A stretch of DNA of 64,000 nucleotides. It comes from Macrostomum lignano. Lineage: Eukaryota. Location: the NCBI GenBank assembly GCA_002269645.1, contig NIVC01001353.1, positions 62,001 to 126,000 of the forward strand, given 5' to 3'. The first letter of the stretch is position 1, and each line of letters opens with the position of its first letter. The position numbers and the translations under genes were made by a program. Of the stretch, positions 1-13,039 are shown in pieces. A model generated the notes under the pieces. It was not told the origin of the DNA and ran no database searches. It saw only the letters and a list, made by a program, of their open reading frames with translations.

Positions 1-977
1 AAAGTTCATGTACTTTACTCAATTTTTTATTGCATTCTTTGTTGGCTCGCCACGGGGGGGCGCTGATAGAAGAAGAGTCATGTAAAAAATAAAAGTAGCA
101 CTATGTATACATAAAAGAAAAGTCATGTCGAAGTTAAAAGATTCATTTGGGAATTGCTACGATGTCAAAGCTTGGTGGAAATCGTTATAGTGCTGTGATT
201 CTTAAAGAAGGAATCACTAAAATGTCAAGGCTTAGGGGAGAAGAATTGCTGAGATTTCAAGGCTTTAGGTTGGGTTAAAGTTAGGTTTAGGTCAGGTGTG
301 GGTTGAGGGTTATATTTTAGCGGGTTTCAAGGTTAACAGAATAACAGGGGATTTTTTAGATTAGAAGGTTTATGGGGGCCATCGCTGACATGTTAAGGCT
401 TACGGGGGGAATAGCTGAGATGGCAAGGTTCACGGGGGTATAGATGAGATTTCAAGGCTAAAGTCAGAAGCTACATGTAGTTTATTGAAAACTTTTTATT
501 ACATTATTTGATGCCTCCTCTGGGGAGGGATCGCTGATAGAAAAAGCGTAATGTAAAAAATAAAAGAAGCTTCATGTCGAAGTTAAAAGACTCATTTGGG
601 AATCCCTACGATGTCGAGGCTTGCAGGGAATCGCTATAATGCTGTAGTAGTGCTATAATGACTCTTAGAGAGAATTACTGAAATTTCAATGCTTTAGGGT
701 TAGGTTAGGGTTAGGGTTAGGGTTAGGGTTAGGCTTAGGCTAGGGTTAGGGTTAGAAGGTTGACAGATATTTTTAGATTTCCAAGGCTTATTGGGGGCAT
801 TGCTGAGATGTCAAGGGGGAAGTTGATATGTTAAAGCTTGTGGGGGGGAATTACTGACATGTCGAGGCTTACAAGGTTTGACAGGAGATTTTTTAAGATT
901 TCAAGGATACATGTAGCTTATTAAAAAAACGTGTATTGCATTTCTTTGGCTCCCCAACGGGGGGCGTAGATTGCTAG
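1..977 (+). mobile_element. 3' part of non-autonomous Helitron-like unit 1 (5' end outside window)
   Basis: GC hairpin GCTCCCC-AAC-GGGGGGC at 949-965, then CTAG at 974-977: the Helitron 3' signature. Internal degenerate repeats are shared with unit 3. Confidence 0.6.
693..755 (+). repeat. Interstitial telomere-like (TTAGGG)n tract inside Helitron-like unit 1
   Basis: About 9-10 imperfect TTAGGG/TTAGGC units; weaker copies at ~265-310, ~8362-8383 and ~8608-8632. Confidence 0.8.
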
Positions 978-1659
978 TCCTATATACTAAAAATGGTCTG
1001 TCGGTATGTGCGTGTGTGTATGTGTGTGTGTGTGATCGATTTTAGCAAAAACGGCTCAACCGATTTTCTTCGAACTTGCACTGTTCGATCAGAAATTTTC
1101 CCGTGACAGTACATGCATCGTGGCTAAGAAATTGCTTGATGCTAAAGGGATTAAATATTCGAAAAACATGCTTTTTTGCAAAGGTCAAGCAGCTCTTTCG
1201 ACTTGAAATGCATTGTAAGAATGCTAGCAGAAAAACTGACTGGTTGAATTCTGATTCTGAAATAGATTGCATCACAATACACTTTATTTATCGTCTGTGT
1301 ACTGGCTGAATTTGACACTCAATTGAATTGCGTCACAGCTTTGAGTGTGAAAGCATAGCGCAGTACTGAATTTATATTACGTAACCATATTGTAAACTTT
1401 CATAGACACTGGTACTGACTTGCCTAAGAAATTGATTATGTCATAACTGCTTCGTGAGACTTTTTACTCTACCTGACTTGGTGTGAGTGTTGAATTATAT
1501 AAGTGGTACAACATCACTGATAACTTCGATGAGAGCTAGCCTAGAGCTGAACAGACCAGACTGCTAATGCAGCGACCTAGGTTCGAATCTAAGTAGTTTA
1601 AAAGTAGTAGTGTAAATTTTTTTATTAAAAGGTTTTATTAAAGGACTAAATAAAAACAC

Positions 1660-4142
1660 TTAGATTACTGCACTCGATAAGCCAAGGATTATTGCTATTA
1701 ATAAACCAAGGACTACTGCACTCGATAAACCAAGGACTATTGCTCTTGGCAAACCAAGGATTACTGCACTCAAGAAGCCAAGGATTATTGCTATTAATAA
1801 ACCAACGATTACTGCACTTGGAAAACCAAGGATTACTGCACTCGATAAACCAAGGACTATTGCTCTTGGCAAACCAAGGATTACTGCACTCAAGAAGCCA
1901 AGGATTATTGCACTTGGAAAACCAAGGATTACTGCACTCGATAAACCAAGGACTATTGCTCTTGGCAAACCAAGGATTACTGCACTCAAGAAGCCAAGGA
2001 TTATTGCTATTAATAAACCAAGGATTACTGCACTTGGAAAACCAAGGATTACTGCACTCGATAAACCAAGGACTATTGCTCTTGGCAAACCAAGGATTAC
2101 TGCACTCAAGAAGCCAAGGATTATTGCACTTGGAAAACCAAGGATTACTGCACTCGATAAACCAAGGACTATTGCACTTGATAAACCAAGGAATATTGCA
2201 CTTGATAGGCCAAGGATTACTGCACTTGATAAACCAAGGATTATTGCACTTGATAGGCCAAAGATTACTGCGCTTGATAAACCAAGGATTATTGCACTTG
2301 ATAAACCAAGGATTATTGCACTTGATAAGCCAAGGATTACTGCGCTTGATAAACCAAGGATTATTGCACTTGATAAACAAAGGATTATTGCACTTGATAA
2401 ACAAAGGATTATTGCACTTGATAAACAAAGGATTATTGCACTTGATAAACCAAGGATTATTGCACTTGATAAGCCAAGGATTATTGCACTTGATAAGCCA
2501 TGGATTATTGCACTTGATAGTAAAGAATGTTGCACTTGATAAGCCAAGGATTAATGCACTGGATTATTCAAGGATTATTGATATTAATAAACCAAGGACT
2601 ACTCCACTCGATAAACCAAGGATTATTGCTCTTAATAAACCAAGGATTACTGCACTTGGAAAACTAAGGATTACTGCACTCGATAAACCAAAGACTATTG
2701 CACTTGATAAACCAAGGATTATTGCACTTGATAGGCCAAGGATTACTGCACTTGATAAACCAAGGATTATTGCACTTGATAGGCCAAAAATTACTGCGCT
2801 TGATAAACCAAGGATTATTGCACTTGATAAACCAAGGATTATTGCACTTGATAAGCCAAGGATTATTGCACTTGATAAACCAATGATTATTGCAGTTGAT
2901 AAGCCAAGGATTATTGCATCTGATAAACCAAAGATTATTGCACTTGATAAACCAAGGATTATTGCACTTGATAAACAAAGGATTATTGCACTTGATAGGC
3001 CAAAGATTACTGCGCTTGATAAACCAAGGATTATTGCACTTGATAAACCAAGGATTATTGCACTTGATAAGCCAAGGATTATTGCACTTGATAAACCAAG
3101 GATTATTGCACTTGATAAACCAAGGATTATTGCACTTGATAAGCCAAGGATTATTGCACTTGATAAACCAATGATTATTGCAGTTGATAAGCCAAGGATT
3201 ATTGCATCTGATAAACCAAAGATTATTGCACTTGATAAACCAAGGATTATTGCACTTGATAAACAAAGGATTATTGCACTTGATAGGCCAAAGATTACTG
3301 CGCTTGATAAACCAAGGATTATTGCACTTGATAAACCAAGGATTATTGCACTTGATAAGCCAAGGATTATTGCACTTGATAAACCAAGGATTATTGCACT
3401 TGATAGGCCAAGGATTACTGCACTTGATAAACCAAGGATTATTGCACTTGATAAACCAAGGATTATTGCACTTGATAAGCCAAGGATTATTGCACTTGAT
3501 AGGCCAAGGATTACTGCGCTTGATAAACCAAGGATTATTGCACTTGATAAACCAAGGATTATTGCAGTTGATAAGCCAAGGATTATTACACTTGATAAAC
3601 CAAGGATTATTGCACTTGATAAACCAAGGATTATTGCACTTGATAGGCCAAGGATTACTGCACTTGATAAACCAAGGATTATTGCACTTGATAGGCCAAA
3701 GATTACTGCGCTTGATAAACCAAGGATTATTGCAGTTGATAAGCCAAAGATTATTGCACTTGATAAACCAAGGATTATTTCACTTGATAAACCAAGGATT
3801 ATTGCACTTGATAAACAAATATTGCACTTGATAAACCAAGGATTATTGCACCTGATAAGCCAAGGATTACTGCGCTAGATAAACCAAGGATTATTGCACT
3901 TAATAAACCAAGGATTATTGCACTTAATAAACCAAGGATTATTGCACTTGATAAACCAAGGATTATTGCACTTGATAAACAAAGGATTATTGCACTTGAT
4001 AAACCAAGGATTATTGCACTTTATAAGCCAAAGATTACTGCACTTGATAAACCAAGGATTATTGCACTTGATAAACCAAGGATTATTGCACTTGATTAAT
4101 CAAGGATTATTGCTATTAATAAACCAAGGATTATTGCACTAG
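1660..4142 (+). repeat. 24-bp minisatellite (GATAAACCAAGGATTATTGCACTT), ~100 units
   Basis: Periodicity read directly; source of the LDKPRIIA pseudo-ORF. Confidence 0.95.
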
Positions 4143-4329
4143 CTGAGAAGCTGATTACTGCGCTGTCTAAAAAAGAGATTATTGCGCTCGCTGAGACGTG
4201 GATTGTTGCACAACCTGAGAAAGCGATTATTGCATTAGCGGAAGTAACATTTGCACTAGCTACTTGCTGTCTCGTGGATGCTTGCTCTCGAGGGGGGATA
4301 CTTGCTATTTGGGAGAGGGGGTACTGGCT

Positions 4330-5080
4330 ACATGCATGGGATTCTTTCTATCCAGGGATGCTTGCTATTCAGGGATTCTTGCTATCTGCAGGATGCTTGC
4401 TATAATATCTGGGGGGTGCTTGCTATCTGCAGGATGCTTGCTATCTGGGTGGATGCTTCTATAATATCTGGGGGGTGCTTGCTATCTGCAGGATGCTTGC
4501 TATCTGGGTGGATGCTTCTATAATATCTGGGGGGTGCTTGCTATCTGCAGGATGCTTCTATAATATCTGGGGGGTGCTTGCTATCTGCAGGATGCTTCTA
4601 TAATATCTGGGGGGTGCTTGCTATCTGCAGGATGCTTCTATAATATCTGGGGGGTGCTTGCTATCTGCAGGATGCTTCTATAATATCTGGGGGGTGCTTG
4701 CTATCTGGGTGGATGCTTCTATAATATCTGGGGGTGCTTGCTATCTGCAGAATGCTTCTATAATATCTGGGGGTGCTTGCTATCTGCAGAATGCTTCTAT
4801 AATATCTGGGGGTGCTTGCTATCTGCAGAATGCTTCTATAATATCTGGGGGTGCTTGCTATCTGCAGAATGCTTCTATAATATCTGGGGGGTGCTTGCTA
4901 TCTGCAGAATGCTTCTATAATATCTGGGGGGTGCTTGCTATCTGCAGGATGCTTCTATAATATCTGGGGGTGCTTGCTATCTGCAGAATGCTTGCTATCT
5001 GGGTGGATGCTTGCTATCTGGGTGGATGCTTCTATAATATCTGGGGGGTGCTTGCTAATCTGCAGATGCTTGCTATCTGT
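4330..5080 (+). repeat. ~39-40-bp minisatellite (TGCTTGCTATCTGCAGGA-TGCTTCTATAATATCTGGGGGG)
   Basis: Direct periodicity; related to the 18-bp array at 13040-13470. Confidence 0.9.
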
Positions 5081-6570
5081 GGTGATTCTTGCTATGAGCA
5101 TTAGAGGATGCTTGCTATCTGCGATTGTTCACTTTTGGAGGGGGTTGCTTGCTGTCTTGGGAATATTTTCTATTTAGGGAAACGATATTTTGTTGACTGT
5201 TTGTTAATTTTAGAGAAAAAGTGATTTTTTAATTTTGCAAACATCTTAGTCTGTGACAATTTTACACGAATAAGGTGATTTTTAAAATGTGAAGAAGGAA
5301 TTAGTGTTTAAGAAAATGTGTTTTTTTATTGTTTTCCATGAACTATTTTTGCTCCTTTCTTATTGGGCGCCCCGAAGGGGGGCCGCACTAGATTGCTTCT
5401 AAATATACTAAATCTCTAATCTTCTAATCTAATCTTCTAATCTAAATATACTAAATCTCTAATCTAAATATACTAAATCTCTAATATTTGTATGTCCATA
5501 ACGCTCTACAGATTGCAATCTTCTAATCTATCTATCTTCTATCTTCTATCTATCTTCTAATCTAATCTAATCTTCTAAATATCTATCTTCTATCTATAAT
5601 CTATAAATATACTAAATCTCTAATATTTGTATGTCCATAACGCTCTACAGATTGCAATTCTTCACCGATTTTGATCGCGTTTTCGCCAAAAGATTCGTAA
5701 TCAGCCTGGGATTGTATGGTTAAAATTTATTGTATCTGCTTCAATGCTAAAGGGATTAAATATTCGAAAAACATGATTTTTTGCAAAGGTCAAGCAGCTC
5801 TTTCGACTTGAAATGCATGGTAAGAATGCTAGATAAAAAACTGACTGGCTGAATTCTGATCCTGATAAAGATTGCATCACAACAAGTTGAAAACACGGTG
5901 CCAAGTTGAAAGACAGAAATTGCGTAACCATATTGCTAACTTTAATTGAGACTGATGCTGACTGCCTGAGTATTTGATTATGTCATAGCTGCTTCGTGTG
6001 ACTTTCACTCCAAGAGAATTTGTGTTAGTATTCGTGTAACGTTCTAGAGATCGAACCGATTGACCAATTTTAATCGTGTTTTCGCCAAAAGATTTGTAAT
6101 TATCTGGAAGGAAGACAGTTAAAATTTATTTAATTGGCTTTAATGCTAAAGGTATTAAATATTCGAAAAACGAGTTTTCCCAATGCTTTTAATGGAAGGC
6201 CAAGCAAGGTTGAATTCTTGACTGGCTGAATTCCAATTCTAATTATAATTGCGCCACATCCAATTCTAATTATGATTGCGCCACAACTGCGTACTGCATA
6301 TTCTCGCTATAAACTGACTCTGAGCTTTTTAGGTGGAGGCAGTGTGCCAAGCATTGCGCAGGCACTCTGGAGGGAGAGCGAAATCAGCCAGTGCATTTTA
6401 AAAGTATTGAAATAAAATAATGCTCAGTGGCTGCGTGTGTACATTCTTCTGACCTTGGCTGAACGGCTCTGCCGGCACCAAACATGTGCACACTGAGCAG
6501 CCTATCACTGCTATGTATTTGACCGCAATGTCTAAGCATATATGGCTGATTTTTGCGCCCTCCATCAGTA

Positions 6571-6648
6571 GGCGGAATAGCCGCAGTGTAGGCACTAGGA
6601 CTAGGTTTAGGCTAGGCGTAAGGTCCAAGGTTCGAGTCCGCCTCGCCG
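6571..6648 (+). pseudogene. tRNA-derived / SINE-head-like segment with Pol III A and B boxes
   Basis: A-box-like TAGCCGCAGTG, exact B box GGTTCGAGTCC at 6629-6639, partial acceptor stem GGCGG/TCGCC; no intact cloverleaf. Confidence 0.4.
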
Positions 6649-8689
6649 ACGGATAATTAAAATTAAACAAGTTAATTCATTTATAGCTTGCCCCTCAACT
6701 AATTGAATCATTTTTTATTAATTAGTAAGCCACACTCAATGAAATATTTTTGCTATTCAGCACAAGTTGCTAAACAAATTGATTTTGTCAATGTTTATTT
6801 GTCAATTTGTCAATTTGAATTTGATTTGATTTCAGCCAGTGCATTTTAAAATTAGATTTGTAAAAAACTGCTTTGGCGCTACGAGCGTATTACTGCTCCA
6901 GAATTGCAGACGATGCTGCTAAATAGCTAAACTGCTAAAGTTACTGCTAAATGCTGAGCTGCGCAAAAGACTGCCGATATGTATCGTAAATTGATTAGTG
7001 AGCGGTACTAAATACTGAGCAAATTTTTAGATTATTGAAAGAATCATTGCTGAGAAGACTGAGGAGCCGGCCGAGAGGAGAACTGCAGACTGCTGAGGGG
7101 AACTACAGATTGTCAAAGGGATCATTCATGCAGACTGCAAAGGGAAAAATTGAAAAAAAAACTGCTGAGGTATTCCTCCAGACTTATGAGTGTATGGCAG
7201 AGCAAGTTGTTGAGGGGATCCGAGTAACTGCGGACTGCTGAGTGAAATATTGTAGTTTGCCGATGTCAATGAAAGTTTAGACAGCAAAGTTGGTACTCGT
7301 ACCTGCAGGCTGCTAAGAGTATGACTGCAGTCTGTTTGCGGGATTAGAAGTTGTTTGCGGGATTAGAAGTGATAGCTAATTTCAGGTTGTTGTGGGGATA
7401 ACTGCCGATTTCTGGGGGGGGGGGTTAACTTCAAAGTGCGAAGTTACTAAACTTCTAGAATAGTATAAGGCTTTTAGTAGAAGGTCAGCAGTTCGAGTCT
7501 ACATTGAAGCAGCGAATTTATCTTTGTGACAATAATTATTGTTTCCTATGGGAATTCATGCAAATTTTTAACATTTTATTTTGTACGAGCGTATATACTT
7601 TTGCTGAGGCTACGCTAAGCTTCAAGAGCAGCGCTTATCTGCTGTAAGTGCTAATTTGCAAAGGGTGTTGCTAATCTGGGTGAGCAGCGCTAATCGGGGA
7701 GAGCAGTGCTAATCTGACGCATTCAATAAAATAATAAATGTGTAAGACGATTACAAATCAAATTTAGCCTGCAAGTTGCAAAAATATTTCAAATGGTTTC
7801 GATTATTCAGAAGCAATACATGTATGGCCTTAAGCAAAGATTAGTGGCCATCTGCTCACTGATTGTGCAAAACAGTGCTGGTAAACAATTACTAAACTTC
7901 TGGTGAACCATTGCTAAACTGCTGGTGAACCATTGCTAAACTGCAGAAAGCTATAGTGAAATATTGTTTTTTTATTAAAAACTTCTTTTAAAGAGAAGAA
8001 AACGCAAAGGCAAGAAAAAACGAACAAGAATCATCATGTCAATTATAAAAGAAGCGCACTGTCGAAAGTAAAAGTCTCATTGGGAATTGCTAAGACTGCT
8101 AAGACTATTGCTACGAGCATAATGCTGGTATGGCAAATTGCTGTGATATATCAATACTCATGGGAGGATTTATAAGATCTCAAGGCACAAGGGGAATTGC
8201 TATAATTGTCATTCTGGGGAGAATTGCTTTGATTTCAAGGTTCATTTGTTCATTTGGCAAGTGCCAAGATATCAAAAGGTTAGTCACTCAATTTTCAGGC
8301 TCATGGGGAAATTACTAACATTTCCAAAGCTCATTGGGGAATTGCTGAAATTCTGCTGCAGGTTAAGGGTTAGGCTTAGGGTTCAATTATAGAGCGATAA
8401 TCGTGTCAATCATTAATGATCCATCGAGGAATTGCTAAGATTAAATGCTCTTGGGGCGAATTACTTAAATGCTTTGGCTCTACGGGGAATTACTGACAGG
8501 TCAAGGCTTCCGGTGAAATTTAGATTTAAAAGCTTATGAGGAAGTTACTTTAATGCTGAGGCTCAAGGCTCATTGTCGAAATTGCTAACATGCCAAGATT
8601 TTCTTATGGGTTAGGGTTAGATGCTTAGGGTCAGTTTTGGTTCAATCATAGATTAACCGCTGTCAACCATCAATTAAAGACTTGCTAAG

Positions 8690-9262
8690 ATATCTAAGCT
8701 CATCGGGGAATAGCTGAGTTGTCAAGGCTTATAAGGGGATTGCTGAGTTATCAAGGCTTATAAGGTGATTGCTGAATTCTTGGGAGAGGGGAGTTGGGTT
8801 GTTGGGATGTCACAGCTAATTACTGCGCTGGGAGAATTGCATAGAAGTCTAGGCTGGAGTTTAATTGCTGCGATGTCGAGGCTTAATGGGGTTATTCCTG
8901 AGATGTCAAGGCTTACTGGGGAATTGCTGAGATTTTAAGGCTTACTGGGGAAATGCTGCGATCTCAAGACTTACTGGGAAAAGTTTTGAGATCTCAGAGC
9001 TTACTGGGGGAATTGCTGATATGTCGAGGCTAACTGGGGGAATTACTGAGATGTCAAGGCTTACTGGGGGAATTGCTGAGATGTCAAGGCTTACTGGGGG
9101 AATTGCTGAGATGTCAAGGCTTACTGGGGGAATTGCTGATATGTCAAGGCTAACGGGGGGAATTGCTGAGATCTAAAGGCTTACTGGGATCTCAAGACTT
9201 ACTGGGGGAATTGCTGAGATCTTAAGGCTTACTGGGGGAATTGCTGAGATGTCAAGGCTCAT
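8690..9262 (+). repeat. 30-bp minisatellite (TTACTGGGGGAATTGCTGAGATGTCAAGGC)
   Basis: Clean units at 8895-9260, degenerate upstream and in 1-900. Confidence 0.9.
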
Positions 9263-10369
9263 GGACGATGGCTGAATTGTTGGGGGGGGGGTGTTAGGTT
9301 GTTAGGCGATTGTCAGATAGTCAGGTAGTACGGCTCAAGTAGCTCATGTAATTCAGATAATGAAAAAGTACACACAAGTGATGCTGATTTCTGCTAATAG
9401 AAAATACCAGCGCATTCATTAAAGGTTTGATCCTTTGATTTAGGCTAATATAGAGAGAGGGTCTAAGGGCGTCAGGGATTTGCATATTGAGCTCCTGCTG
9501 CGGATCAGAATATGCCCCGGCCATTGACAATATCTATCAAGAGTTTGTTCTTGAAAGGATAAGCACTATTTGCTGATTTAGAAAGGGTTTTGGGCTGATG
9601 AAGGAAACTTTTTTGGCTAATGAAAGTTTGGATTAATGGCAATTTATTTCTGCCAAAATGAGAAAAGGTAATTTTTGATTAATGGAAATCAATATTTTGG
9701 ACGATTATAGTAAAGTTACTCTTGTGCAAAAATAAAAACCAATTGATGTCATTTTCAGGGCTCCCCAGCGGGGGGCTAAATGGCTAGTCCTATATACTAA
9801 AAATGAAATGTGTGTCTCTGTGAGATAGATTTCAGAAAAAACGGCTTAACCGATTTTCTTCAAACTTGCACCATTCGATCAGAAATTTTCCTGGGACGGT
9901 ACATGCATCTTGGCTAAGAAATTGCTCAATGTTAAAGGGATTAAATATTCGAAAAACATGCTTTTTTGCAAAGGTCAAGCAGCTCTTTCGACCTGAAATG
10001 CATTGTAAGAATGCTAGAGAAAAAACTGACTGACTGAATTCTGATTCTGACAAAGATTGCATCACAACAAGTTGAAAACAGTGCCGAAGAAATGCACACA
10101 CGACTTGAATGAAATTGCGTAACCATATTGGCAACTTAAATTGAGACTGATTCTGGCTGACTGAGAAATTGATTATGTCATAACTTTTTACTCCAATTGA
10201 CTTGCTGTAAGAATTGAATTATAAGGGCCACAATTTATGTTCTCCAATTGAAAAAGATAGCCCAGATGCGAACAGACTGGAATGCTAATGTAGCGACTTG
10301 GGTTCGAATCTTAGTAGGGCAAAAAAGATTTTTTTTTATTAAAACACCTTAAAAACACAAAACTTCTAA

Positions 10370-12990
10370 ACATAAAAGAAGCGCAATGTCAAACATAGAA
10401 GAGCCACCATGTCGAACATAAAAGAGCTAACATATCGAATATTAAAGAGCCACCATGTCAAACCTAAACGAGCCACCATGTCTAATATTTAAGAGGCACC
10501 ATATAAAACATATAAGTGACTTTATGTCAAACATAAAAGAGCCACCATTTCTAACATTAAACAGCCACCATTTCGAACATTAAAGAGCCACCATGTCGAA
10601 AATAAAAGAGTCACTATTTCGAACATCAAAGAGCCACTATGTCAAACATTTAGGAGCCACTTTTTCGAACATTAAAGAGCCACCATGTCAAACATAAAAG
10701 AGCCAACATGTCAAACATAAAAGAGCCAACATGTCAAACATAAAGAGCCACCATGTCAAACATTTAAGAGCCACCATGTCAAACATATATGTGACTTTGT
10801 GTTAAACATTAAAGAGCCACCATTTCGAACATTAAAGAGCCACCATGTCAAACATGAAAGAGCTATAACATGAAGAATATTAAAGAGCCACCATGTCGAA
10901 CATAAAAGAGCTGCCATGTAAAATAACAAAGAGCTACCAAGTTAAACATAAAAGAGCCACCATGTAAAACATTAAAGAGCCACCATGTGAAACATTAAAG
11001 AGCCACATTGTCAAACCTAGAAGAGCCACCATGTCGAACATAACAGAGCTACCATGTCAAACATTAAAGAGCCACCATGTCAAACATTCAAAAGTTACAT
11101 TGTCAAACATTGAAGAGCCACTATGTCAAACATTTAGGAGCCACTTTGTCGAACATTAAAGAGCCAACATGTCAGACATTAAAAAAGCCACCGTATTAAA
11201 TAAAAAGAGTTAACATGTAGAACAAAAAAGAGCCACCATTTCGAACATAAAAGAGCCAACATGTCAAACATAAAGAGCCACCATGTCAAACATTTAAGAG
11301 CCACCATGTCAAACATATATGTGACTTTATGTCAAACATTAAAGAGCCACCATTTCGGACATAACAGAGCTACCATGTAAAACATTAAAGAGCCACCATG
11401 TCAAACATTAAAGAGCCACCATGTCGAACATAAAAGAGCCACCATGTCAAACCTAAAAGAGCCACCATGTCGAAAATAAAAGAGCCACTATTTCGAACAT
11501 TAAAGAGCCACCATTTCGAACATTAAAGAGCCACCATGTCGACCATAAAAGAGCCACTATTTCGAACATTAAATATCCACCATGTCAAACATAAAAGAGC
11601 CAACATGTCAAACATAAAAGAGCCAACATGTCAAACATAAAGAGCCACCATGTCGAAAATGAAAGAGCCACTATTTCGAACATTAAAGAGCCACCATTTC
11701 GAACATTAAAGAGCCACCATGTCGACCATAAAAGAGCCACCATGTCAAACATGAAAGAGCTATAACATGAAGAATATTAAAGAGCCACCATGTCGAAAAT
11801 TAAAGAGCCACCATGTCGAACATTTAAGAGCCACCATGTTAAACCTAAAAGAGCCACCATGTTAAACCTAAAAGAGCCACCATGTTAAACCTAAAAGAGC
11901 CACCATGTTAAACCTAAAAGAGCCACCATGTCAAACCTAAAAGAGCCACCATTTCGAACATATAAGTGACTTTATGTCAAACATTAAAGAGCCACCATGT
12001 CAAACATTAAAGAGCCACCATGTAAAACAAAAGAGCCACCATTTCGAACATTAAAGAGCCACCATGTCAAACATTTAAGAGCCACCATGTTAAACATAAA
12101 AGAGCCACTATGTTGAACATTAAACAGCCATCATGTCAAACCTAAAAGATCCACAATTTCGAACACTTAAGAGCCACAATGTAGAATATTAAAGAGCTAC
12201 CATGTCAAACATTTAAGAGCCACCATGTCAAACATTTAAGAGCCACCACGTAAAACATTAAAGAGCCACCATTTGAAACATTAAAGAGTCACCATGTCAA
12301 ACATTTAAGAGCCACCATGTCAAACATTTAAGAGCCACCATGTCAAACCTAAAAGAGCCACCATGTCAAACCTAAAAGAGCCACCATGTCGAACATAAAA
12401 GAGCCACCATGTCAAACCTAAAAGAGCCACCATGTCGAACATAAAAGAGCTATACCATAAAAAAAATTAAAGAGCCACTATCTCGAACATTAAAGAGCCA
12501 CCATGTCAAACATTTAAGAGCCACCATGTCAAACATTTAAGAGCCACCATGTCAAACCTAAAAGAGCCACCATGTCAAACCTAAAAGAGCCACCATGTCA
12601 AACCTAAAAGAGCCACCATGTCGAACATAAAAGAGCTATACCATGAAAAACATTAAAGAGCCACTTTCTCGAACATTAAGGAGCCACCATGTCAAACATT
12701 TAAAAGCCACCTTGTCAAACATTAAATAGCCACTTTGTCGAACATTAAAGAGTCACTGTGTCAAACATAAAAGAGCCACTGTTTCAAACATAAAAGAGCC
12801 ACCAGGTTAAACATTAAAGAGCCACCATGTCAAACAATAAAGAGGCACCATGTCAAACATAAAAGAGCCACCATGTCTGACATTAAAAAGCCATCGTTTC
12901 AAACATAAAACAGTTGCCATGTAGAACTTAAAACAGCCACCATGTCAAACATAAAATTTACACAATTTCAAACATAAAAGTAAGCGAATT
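10370..12990 (+). repeat. 23-bp minisatellite (AAACATTAAAGAGCCACCATGTC), ~110 units
   Basis: Direct periodicity. Confidence 0.95.
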
Positions 12991-13039
12991 TTAAAGGAGC
13001 CACTATAATGCTAAGGAAATTATCGCACTAGCTACTTAT

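Larger units (their letters stand above)
978..5397 (+). mobile_element. Non-autonomous Helitron-like unit 2
   Basis: Starts TCCTATATACTAAAAATG, then a (TG)n microsatellite and AAAACGGCTCAACCGATTTT, resembling invertebrate non-autonomous Helitron 5' ends as I recall them. The ~450-bp 5' core is shared with 5740-6010 and 9788-10200. 3' hairpin at 5366-5384, CTAG at 5388-5391. No Rep/helicase ORF. Confidence 0.65.
5398..9787 (+). mobile_element. Non-autonomous Helitron-like unit 3 (variant 5' end, reiterated)
   Basis: TCTAAATATACTAAATCTCTAAT at 5398, 5441 and 5463, with a variant at ~5601. Shares the core ATGCTAAAGGGATTAAATATTCGAAAAACATG. 3' hairpin GCTCCCC-AGC-GGGGGGC at 9760-9776, CTAG at 9784-9787. 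Confidence 0.6.

Noticed and set aside
693-755. Relic of a telomere or chromosome fusion
   Set aside because: Short, one orientation only, and recurs at equivalent positions in repeated element modules.
1535-1592. Functional tRNA-Ser(GCT) gene
   Set aside because: Anticodon and acceptor stems do not pair and there is no long variable arm; kept only as a tRNA-derived remnant.
1692-3878. 728-aa ORF of LDKPRIIA / LHLINQGL repeats
   Set aside because: Product of a 24-bp (3n) satellite inside a mobile element; several frames on both strands are open; no real start context or codon bias.
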